Origin: an uncultured Oscillospiraceae bacterium | GTDB taxonomy: Bacteria; Bacillota; Clostridia; Oscillospirales; Oscillospiraceae | NCBI GenBank assembly: GCA_934655875.1 | Contig: CAKUHB010000009.1 | Span: 1 to 64,000 of the forward strand | DNA: 64,000 nt | Direction of reading: 5' to 3' | Part shown: in pieces, positions 57,097 through 64,000 of the stretch | Position numbering within the stretch: position 1 is the stretch's first letter | Layout of the letters: every line of letters starts with the position of its first letter | Made by a program: the position numbers and the translations under genes | The notes under the pieces: model-generated | Databases searched by the model: none | Seen by the model: the letters and a program-made list of their open reading frames with translations, nothing else | Told to the model about the DNA's origin: nothing

Positions 57097-58302
57097 TTAC
57101 GCTTCCATCCGGCTGCGGATGGCCTGGAGGAACTCCAGGCTGGTCACGGCCTGCGCGGGGCCGTCTTCGACAAGACCGACCAGATCCTTCGTCATGATGC
57201 CGGCCTTCAGGGTATCCATGCAGGCGGTCTCCAGACGATCTGCAAACTGCTCCAGCTCCGGCAGCTTGTCCAGCTGGCCGCGCTTTCTGAGCGCGCCGGT
57301 CCAGGCAAAGATCGTCGCCATCGGGTTGGTCGAGGTCTGTTCGCCCTTGAGGTATTTGTAATAGTGTCGCGTGACGGTGCCGTGCGCGGCCTCATACTCC
57401 GTCGTGCCGTCCGGCGCGACGAGCACCGACGTCATCATCGCGAGCGACCCGAACGCCGTGGAGACCATGTCGCTCATCACGTCGCCGTCGTAGTTCTTGC
57501 AGGCCCAGATGAAGCCGCCCTCGCTGCGGATGACACGCGCGACCGCGTCGTCGATGAGCGTATAGAAATACGTCAGGCCGAGCGCTTCGAACTGCGCCTT
57601 GTAACGCTGCTCGTACTCCTCCTCAAAGATCCGCTTGAACGCGCCGTCATAGACCTTGGCGATGGTATCCTTCGTGGAGAACCAGAGATCCTGCTTTGTG
57701 TCGATCGCGTACTGGAAGCAGGCTTTGGCAAACGAGCGGATGCTCGATTCCTTGTTGTGCTCGCCCTGGAAGACGGCCGGGCCGTCGACCTTCTGGACAA
57801 GAACGGTCTTCTCCTCACCCGATGCGCCGCGGAACGTCATGGTGCATTCGCCCGGCTCGTTCGTCTCAAAGCTGACCGATTTATAGACATCGCCATAGGC
57901 GTGACGGGCAATGGTGATCGGCTTTTTCCAGTTGCGCACGACCGGCTTGATGGAGTCCAGCAGAATGGGCGCGCGGAAGACCGTTCCATCGAGAATGGAG
58001 CGGATCGTGCCGTTCGGACTTTTCCACATCTGCGTCAGCTGCGGATACTCGATCATCCGCTGCGCGTTCGGCGTGATCGTCGCGCATTTGACGGCGACGC
58101 CATATTTTTTCGTGGCCAAGGCCGCGTCGATTGTGACCTGATCCTCCGTCTCATTGCGGTGCAGCAGGCCCAGATCGTAGTATTCCGTCTTCAGCTCGAC
58201 GAACGGGCAGATCAGCTCGTCCTTGATCATCTGCCAGAGGACTCTTGTCATTTCGTCGCCGTCCATCTCGACGAGCGGCGTTTTCATTTTGATCTTTTCC
58301 AT
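57097..58302 (-). CDS. icd: NADP-dependent isocitrate dehydrogenase (dimeric, eukaryotic-like subfamily)
   Basis: 401 aa with conserved IDH motifs (…TIRSILDGTVFRAPI…, …NYDGDVMSDMV…). Confidence 0.9.
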   Translation of the reverse strand: MEKIKMKTPLVEMDGDEMTRVLWQMIKDELICPFVELKTEYYDLGLLHRNETEDQVTIDAALATKKYGVAVKCATITPNAQRMIEYPQLTQMWKSPNGTIRSILDGTVFRAPILLDSIKPVVRNWKKPITIARHAYGDVYKSVSFETNEPGECTMTFRGASGEEKTVLVQKVDGPAVFQGEHNKESSIRSFAKACFQYAIDTKQDLWFSTKDTIAKVYDGAFKRIFEEEYEQRYKAQFEALGLTYFYTLIDDAVARVIRSEGGFIWACKNYDGDVMSDMVSTAFGSLAMMTSVLVAPDGTTEYEAAHGTVTRHYYKYLKGEQTSTNPMATIFAWTGALRKRGQLDKLPELEQFADRLETACMDTLKAGIMTKDLVGLVEDGPAQAVTSLEFLQAIRSRMEA

Positions 58303-58314
58303 AGCGCTCTCCTT

Positions 58315-60549
58315 TTATCCGCGGGCTGCGTAATAGTTCATCAGGCAGCCGTCCAGCAAAATCTCCGTTTCGTCCTGCGTCAGGCCCTTGACGTGCAGCA
58401 GGATCGGCTGCGTGCTTCCGTCCGCGCGGACGACCGTCGCGTGGAAGTCCTCACAGCCGTCAGACAGCAGGCTGCGCACATTCGGCACGAAGACAAAGTC
58501 GCCCGGTGCGTAGTCAAAGGCGGTATCTGCGTCCAGCGTGAACGGCAGCATGCCCCAGTTGATGCAGTTGCTGCGGTAGCGCTTGGTGGCGAACTCATAG
58601 CAGATATTCGCAAAGCCGCCCAGCACCTTCTGGCACGAGGCCGCCTGCTCGCGCGCGGAGCCGTCGCCCGGCTTGTTGGCGAACACGCAGGAGCCGAACT
58701 GCGTCGTCGGCAGGAGGGCGTCCGCGTCGCCGGCCGCGGCCAGCACCTTCCGCAGCACGTCCGGCGCCGCGCCTGCGCGGCGTCCGGCTTCCACCTCTGC
58801 GATCTTCTTTGCGCGCGGCACATAGTCCGGCACGCGGCGCGAGAGCGTGAACTCCGCCAGCCGCAGCGGGTTCGAGCGGTAAGAGGACGTCTCGCCGGAC
58901 GGGATCAGCTCGTCCGTCGTGGTCACAGGGTCGTGGATGACGGCGGCCAGCTCAAGGAGCAGGTTCTCGCCGAGGGCATACATCTTCGGCCAGTCGGTGA
59001 TGTTCGGGCCCATGATGAGCTTCGTCTCGGGCTGCGGATGGCCAAAGCCGTTGTAGACGCGGCGGGCATAGACGGTCTCGTCAAACTGATACGGATGGCG
59101 CTCCGGCGCATAGTCCAGCTCGTCCGCCGGCGTGATGCGGCCGCCGTTTTTCGCCGTCGCCGCGATGGAGCGCGCGTCCATCAGGCACACGCCTGCGAAC
59201 TGCCCCTCACCGGGCTTGGAGCCCTCGCGGTTCGGGAAGTTGCGCGTCGTATGGCGCAGGGACAAGCCGTTGTTGGCCGGAACGTCGCCCGCGCCGAAGC
59301 ATGGACCGCAGAAGCTCGGCTTGATGATCGTGCCGGTCTCCAGCAGCCGCTCCGTCACGCCCATGCGCGTCAGCGCAAGGCTGACCGGCACGGACGTGGG
59401 ATAGACGTTCATGGTAAAATAGCTGCTGCCGATCGAGCCGCCGTCCATGATCTGCGCAGCTTCGTCAATATTATCGAACATGCCGCCCGCGCAGCCGGCA
59501 ATGATGCCCTGATCGGCCCAGACCGCGCCGTCATGGATCTTGTCCAGCAGATGCACGTCTGCCTTCGGCCAGCGCTTTTTCGCCTCCGCTTCGACCCCGG
59601 CGAGCAGCTCCTCCGCATTCGCCAAAAACTCGCGGATGGTATACGCGTTCGACGGGTGGAACGGCAGGGCGATCATCGGCTCGACCGTGGACAGGTCAAG
59701 CTCGATCATGCGGTCATAATATGCGCCATCGAACGGGTGCAGGGGCTTGTAGGCCTCCGGGCGGCCGTGGATCTCAAAGAAGCGCTTCGTCTCCTCGTCC
59801 GTCTCCCAGATGGAGGACAGGCAGGTGGTCTCGGTCGTCATGACGTCGATGCCGTTGCGGAAGTCGATCGGAAGGGACGCGATGCCGGGGCCGGCAAACT
59901 CCAGCACGCGGTTTTTGACAAAGCCGCTGGCAAACGTCTGCTTGACCAGCGCGATCGCCACGTCATGCGGGCCGACGCCGCGGCGGGGCTTGCCTGTCAG
60001 ATAGACCAGCACGACCTCGGGCAGATCCGCGTCCCACGTGTGCTTCAGAAGCTGCTTGGCAAGCTCCGGCCCGCCCTCGCCCACGGCCATGGTGCCGAGC
60101 GCGCCGTAGCGCGTGTGCGAATCGGAGCCGAGGATCATCGCGCCGCAGGCGGCCATCTGCTCGCGCGCGTAGGAGTGGATGACGCTCTGGTTGGCAGGAA
60201 CGTAGATGCCGCCGTATTTCTTCGCCGCGGACAGGCCGAAGACGTGGTCGTCCTCGTTGATCGTGCCGCCGACCGCGCAGAGACTGTTATGGCAGTTTGT
60301 CAGCGCATACGGGATGGGAAATTCCTTCATGCCGGACGCGCGCGCCTGCTGGATGATGCCGACATAGGTGATATCATGCGACAGCATCGCATCAAACCGG
60401 ATCTGCAACTTATCCGGGCTTCCGGACTGGTTATGCGCCTGCAGAATGCGGTAGGCCATCGTTCTGGTTCTGCCCGCTTCTTTGGAAATGGGAGCGGTAT
60501 CGTGCGGCGCGCCGCCGCAGAGAAAAACGCCGTGCTCAGTTGTTTTCAT
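58315..60549 (-). CDS. Aconitate hydratase (aconitase family)
   Basis: The start was chosen at ATG 60549 (MKTTEHGV…), which follows GGAGAGGAGAG; the MAYRIL start 30 codons downstream is possible instead. It has Fe-S cluster Cys ligands and aconitase catalytic motifs (…GSDSHT…, …FCGPCFG…, swivel-domain SRRV). It forms an operon with icd, 12-nt gap. 744 aa. Confidence 0.85.
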   Translation of the reverse strand: MKTTEHGVFLCGGAPHDTAPISKEAGRTRTMAYRILQAHNQSGSPDKLQIRFDAMLSHDITYVGIIQQARASGMKEFPIPYALTNCHNSLCAVGGTINEDDHVFGLSAAKKYGGIYVPANQSVIHSYAREQMAACGAMILGSDSHTRYGALGTMAVGEGGPELAKQLLKHTWDADLPEVVLVYLTGKPRRGVGPHDVAIALVKQTFASGFVKNRVLEFAGPGIASLPIDFRNGIDVMTTETTCLSSIWETDEETKRFFEIHGRPEAYKPLHPFDGAYYDRMIELDLSTVEPMIALPFHPSNAYTIREFLANAEELLAGVEAEAKKRWPKADVHLLDKIHDGAVWADQGIIAGCAGGMFDNIDEAAQIMDGGSIGSSYFTMNVYPTSVPVSLALTRMGVTERLLETGTIIKPSFCGPCFGAGDVPANNGLSLRHTTRNFPNREGSKPGEGQFAGVCLMDARSIAATAKNGGRITPADELDYAPERHPYQFDETVYARRVYNGFGHPQPETKLIMGPNITDWPKMYALGENLLLELAAVIHDPVTTTDELIPSGETSSYRSNPLRLAEFTLSRRVPDYVPRAKKIAEVEAGRRAGAAPDVLRKVLAAAGDADALLPTTQFGSCVFANKPGDGSAREQAASCQKVLGGFANICYEFATKRYRSNCINWGMLPFTLDADTAFDYAPGDFVFVPNVRSLLSDGCEDFHATVVRADGSTQPILLHVKGLTQDETEILLDGCLMNYYAARG

Positions 60550-60788
60550 GCTGCACTCTCCTCTCCGGCCATGCGGCCGGAAGCTGTCATAAAGTTGTGT
60601 ATACTGTACCACAAAATGACGTTTTTGAAAAGTCTTCTTTCAAAAATTCAAAAATTCAGCATTTTTCATAATATGTGCTTTTTCCCGCACGCTTTCTGCA
60701 AGTTTCTGTGCGTCATCTTTCATGTTTTCCGCTTGCCGCAGCGCGGTTTTTCATGTATGATACCAGTATAAACATTCAGGAGGGCGTC

Positions 60789-61403
60789 ATGGCGCAGTAT
60801 TACATGCTCAATAAGCCGCGCGGGCTGCTGACGGCCCGGCGTGACGCGCGGCGGGAAACCGTCATGGTCTGCTTTCCGGAGGCGCTGCGCGAGGTGCTGC
60901 ACCCCGTCGGACGGCTGGACCGGGACAGTGAAGGGCTGCTTCTGTTCACGGACGACGGCATGCTGGATCACGCGCTGCTGCGGCCGGAGCATCACGTGGA
61001 GAAGGAATACGAATACCGCGCCTTCGGCACGCTGGACGAGGACGCGATCGGCCAAATGGAGACGGGCGTACCGATCCTCTCGGGGCGCGAGATCTCCCGC
61101 CCAGCGCGCGCGGTGCTCCTCTGCCACACCACCATCGGTGAGAGCGAAGCCTATCTTCCGGAGCGCTTCCGGGAAAAATATCTGAAAAATCCCACGCGGC
61201 CCGTCACGGCCGGAAAGCTCTGGATCACGGAGGGACGCAAGCACCAGGTGCGGATGATGGTCAAGGCCGTCGGCGGGCATGTGTTTTATCTCAAGCGGCT
61301 GGCCATCGGCCCGCTGCGGCTGGATGAAACGCTTCTGCCCGGGGAATATCGCCCGCTGCGGCCCGCAGAGCTGCAAGCGCTTCTGTCCGCAGCCAGACAG
61401 TAA
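60789..61403 (+). CDS. RsuA/RluF-family pseudouridine synthase (no S4 domain)
   Basis: The start at ATG 60789 follows AGGAGG. The catalytic-Asp motif HPVGRLDRDSEGLLLFTDDG is present. 204 aa. Confidence 0.8.
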   Translation: MAQYYMLNKPRGLLTARRDARRETVMVCFPEALREVLHPVGRLDRDSEGLLLFTDDGMLDHALLRPEHHVEKEYEYRAFGTLDEDAIGQMETGVPILSGREISRPARAVLLCHTTIGESEAYLPERFREKYLKNPTRPVTAGKLWITEGRKHQVRMMVKAVGGHVFYLKRLAIGPLRLDETLLPGEYRPLRPAELQALLSAARQ

Positions 61404-61406
61404 AAA

Positions 61407-61448
61407 GCACCGGCGTACTGGATCCAGTACGCCGGTGCCTGATTTTTT
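61407..61448. terminator. Bidirectional rho-independent terminator between the convergent pseudouridine-synthase and ricT genes
   Basis: The 16-bp stem gcaccggcgtactgga-tc-cagtacgccggtgc is flanked by TAAAAA on its left and CTGATTTTTT on its right. Confidence 0.7.
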
Positions 61449-62961
61449 ATCCTTCCGCCTTGGGCGGCTGGCCCTCGCCTGCGGGCTTGCGGCCGCTTCC
61501 GGGGCGGCGTCTGCGGCGGCGGGGCTTCGGCGCCTGTCCGTCGGCTGCTTCGGGCTTGTCCGTCCGCTCGGGCTTGTCGGCGGCCGGCTTGCGCTCCTGC
61601 GGGGGACGCTCCTTTTTCGGGCGCTCGCGCCGGGGCTGCTCCTGCCGGGGCTGGTCGGGTCTGGCGGGCTTTTCGGCTGCTTGCTCTGCCGGACGCTCGC
61701 CGGGAGCCTTCGGCTTTCTGCCGCCGCGGCGGCGGCGACGGTTCGCGCTCTTGGCGGGATCGCCCGCACTCTGCGCCTGCGGCGGCTGCTCGCCGGTCTG
61801 CGCTTCCGGCTCGATCACAGCGACTGTGTCCGTATAAATGACCTCCGGCAGCTCCTCAAAGAAAGCCTCCTTTTTGGCCGCGGGACGCGGTCTGGACGAG
61901 ATGGGTGCAAAATCCTTCGGGATGGGCGGGTCGTTCTTGCGCGCCTTTCCGTTGCGGATGACGTAAATATCCGCATTTTTATAGCTCCCGATCGTCTCCG
62001 GGTGATCCTCCATGCGCACCTTGACGCTCTGCCGGAGCAAATTCACCTCAACGACCGTTCCGCGTCCGTCCGGCGTGTCGACGAAGGACTCCGCCTTCGG
62101 CGCGGTCTTGATCAGATCCTCATACGCTTCCTGCTCGTATTTCAGGCAGCACATGAGCCTGCCGCAGGTGCCGGATATCTTCGTCGGGTTCAGGCTCAGA
62201 TTCTGCGTTTTGGCCATCTTGATGGAGACCGGCTGGAAATCGTCGAGAAATTCCTTGCAGCAGAAGGGTCTGCCGCACACGCCGAGACCGCCGACCATCT
62301 TGGCCTTGTCCCGCACGCCGATCTGCCGCAGCTCGATCCGGGTGCGGAAAACGGACGCCAGATCCTTGACCAGCTCGCGGAAGTCCACGCGGCCCTCCGC
62401 CGTGAAGAAGAACAGGAGCTTGCTGCCGTCAAAGGCACACTCCGCCGAGACGAGCTGCATCTCCAGCCCGTGCGCGGCGATCTTCTGCTGGCAGACCTCA
62501 AAGGCACGCTTCTCCTTCTCCTGATTGTCCGCGTTGACGCGCTCATCCTGCGCCGTCGCCACGCGCAGAACCTTGCGCAGCGGCAGAACCAGCTCCCGCT
62601 GCGAAACCTCGTGGCAGCCGGACGCACACGTACCAAATTCGTCGCCGCGGGCCGTATCGATGATGACGTGCATCCCGGCGGTGAGCGTCATGCCGTCCGG
62701 GTCAAAGAAATAGGACTTTGCATTGTTCCGGAAGCGGATATCCACGACCGTGACCGGCTGCGGCTGGCTGTCCGGCTGCGGCTCGTCTGCGGGCTGCGCG
62801 GGTTCAGCTTCCTCCGCCTTTTCGGATGTATCGGGCTGCGGCTGCTGCGGCAGCTCCTCCGGCTGCCGGATCTCTTCGGCGGCCTGCGCTTCCGCTTCCT
62901 GTGCAGGCTCCTGCTGCTCCAGAACGGATTCGGGTGTCAATTCTTGCATGGTTCTCTCCAA
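61447..62961 (-). CDS. ricT: PSP1-domain protein RicT/YaaT homolog with long low-complexity N- and C-terminal extensions
   Basis: 504 aa. The central ~270 aa carry the PSP1 C-terminal domain (…IDTARGDEFGTC…RELVKDLASVFRTRIELRQIG…CGRPFCCKEFL…CGRLMCCLKYEQE…). It is adjacent to holB, as in Bacillus. The N-terminus is E/Q/P-rich and the C-terminus R/K/P-rich. Confidence 0.75.
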   Translation of the reverse strand: MERTMQELTPESVLEQQEPAQEAEAQAAEEIRQPEELPQQPQPDTSEKAEEAEPAQPADEPQPDSQPQPVTVVDIRFRNNAKSYFFDPDGMTLTAGMHVIIDTARGDEFGTCASGCHEVSQRELVLPLRKVLRVATAQDERVNADNQEKEKRAFEVCQQKIAAHGLEMQLVSAECAFDGSKLLFFFTAEGRVDFRELVKDLASVFRTRIELRQIGVRDKAKMVGGLGVCGRPFCCKEFLDDFQPVSIKMAKTQNLSLNPTKISGTCGRLMCCLKYEQEAYEDLIKTAPKAESFVDTPDGRGTVVEVNLLRQSVKVRMEDHPETIGSYKNADIYVIRNGKARKNDPPIPKDFAPISSRPRPAAKKEAFFEELPEVIYTDTVAVIEPEAQTGEQPPQAQSAGDPAKSANRRRRRGGRKPKAPGERPAEQAAEKPARPDQPRQEQPRRERPKKERPPQERKPAADKPERTDKPEAADGQAPKPRRRRRRPGSGRKPAGEGQPPKAEG

Positions 62962-62995
62962 TCTGCCGCACGCGGCGGCAAGGTAAAATCTTGAT

Positions 62996-63973
62996 TCAGC
63001 GAAGCTTCATCGCCAGCCAGCCGATCACAGCGCCGGCCGACGCATTCGCGTCCAGACTGTCGATGGCCGTCTGTAGATCGCAGGCCGCCTGTAAAAGCTC
63101 CGCGCCGGAGCGGCTGGCCACCATCTGCGCGGCGCTCTGCATCGCGGTATCCAGCCCGCTGCGCTGCTCCATCGCGGCACAGACGCTCTCGCGCAGCTGC
63201 CGCAGCACCTGCGTCAGCTGCTCGCGCTTGTATTTTTCCATCGGCAGCAGCGCGCGCAGCAGCGCCATCCGGTCGCGTGCGGCATAGGCCGCCGCAAGTC
63301 CGGCCACAGCCGGGTCTTCCTCGGTCTGCAAAAGCGTCAGTGCCTGCCCCAGAAAGCCTCCCGCGCGCAGATAGGCCGCGCGCAGCGTATTTTGCGGTTT
63401 CTCCGGACAGCGCGCCTGCAAAAATGCGAGCGCTTCCGGCTCTTCGACCGGCCCCAGCTGCAATTCGGCGCAGCGGCTGCGGATCGTCGGCAGCAGCCGC
63501 TCCGCGCTCGTCGTCAGGATCAGAAACGCACCGTAATCCGGCGGCTCCTCCAGGATCTTCAGAAGCGCGTTCTGCGCGCTCTCGTTCATATCCTGCCCGC
63601 GCGGAATGATATAAATTTTGCGCAGGCCCTCGTTTGGCCGGATGAACATGTCGCTTCTGGCCGCGCGGATCGGGTCGACAGTCATGGCCTTATGCTCGGT
63701 GTCGTCGACGGTGATGATATCGGGATGGATGCCCGCGAGCGCCTTCCGGCAGCCCGAGCAGACGCCGCACGGGACGGTTCTTTTCTCTCCGGTGCACTCC
63801 ATCGCGGCGCTTAAAAGCCGGGCGAGCGTATGCCGTCCGGAGCCTTCCGGCCCGCAGATCAGGTAACTGTGCGCCACACGGCCGCTGGCAAACGCACCGG
63901 TCAGCCGCCGCTTGATCGCGTCGTTGCCCAGAAATCCGGTAAAATCCATGCTCTGCGTTCCTTTCCCGGCCAA
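62996..63973 (-). CDS. holB: DNA polymerase III subunit delta'
   Basis: 325 aa with an AAA+ clamp-loader fold: Walker A-like GPEGSGRHT, a zinc module (CGVCSGCRK), an SRC-like motif (TIRSRCAELQL) and a C-terminal helical domain. Confidence 0.85.
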   Translation of the reverse strand: MAGKGTQSMDFTGFLGNDAIKRRLTGAFASGRVAHSYLICGPEGSGRHTLARLLSAAMECTGEKRTVPCGVCSGCRKALAGIHPDIITVDDTEHKAMTVDPIRAARSDMFIRPNEGLRKIYIIPRGQDMNESAQNALLKILEEPPDYGAFLILTTSAERLLPTIRSRCAELQLGPVEEPEALAFLQARCPEKPQNTLRAAYLRAGGFLGQALTLLQTEEDPAVAGLAAAYAARDRMALLRALLPMEKYKREQLTQVLRQLRESVCAAMEQRSGLDTAMQSAAQMVASRSGAELLQAACDLQTAIDSLDANASAGAVIGWLAMKLR

Positions 63974-64000
63974 TACTTCGCCTGATAGTATAGTATAACA

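Overview
This looks like a high-GC Firmicutes (Clostridia-like) chromosomal segment of about 64 kb with dense coding on both strands. I saw no integrase, transposase or phage genes. The most striking content is a 13.7-kb single-strand operon at 11997-25702. It starts with a small ribbon-helix-helix regulator, followed by three tandem paralogous giant proteins with the architecture N-terminal zinc ribbon, TIR domain (the W-x-x-N-E catalytic glutamate motif is present in all three), TPR-like helices, coiled coil, single transmembrane helix, ~40-aa 'YKDA' repeats and a C-terminal RCC1-like beta-propeller. Downstream come a multi-zinc-ribbon SPFH/band-7 protein, a soluble zinc-ribbon-RCC1 protein with no TIR or TM, and a 4-TM membrane protein. 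The predicted topology of the giant proteins (cytoplasmic TIR, extracytoplasmic propeller) is an inverted Toll-like-receptor layout. I could place it in no described defence or signalling system, so it is the candidate novel system.
Other content, in window order:
- 18-11759: a GntR-controlled catabolic operon with 6-phosphogluconate dehydrogenase, a PfkB kinase, an SDR, a sugar-type ABC transporter, two paralogous M24 hydrolases and a class-III aminotransferase.
- 25978-29919: a VWA/SLH cell-wall protein.
- 30081-31394: a TfoX-like protein and a LysR regulator.
- 31502-37984: an F1Fo ATP synthase operon with a delta-alpha fusion and an N-terminally extended c subunit.
- 38870-45779: a translationally coupled MMPL transporter plus a 1471-aa GLUG-repeat surface protein.
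- 45990-46390: a cluster of covarying hairpin repeats next to tRNA-Leu(CAA).
- 46589-51388: Rex, spoIIGA-sigE, a DUF951-like protein, an S1-domain protein and RarA.
- 51516-56809: endonuclease III and an ssnA-ygfK selenium-pathway pair.
- 57097-60549: icd and aconitase.
- 60789-63973: a pseudouridine synthase, ricT/yaaT and holB.
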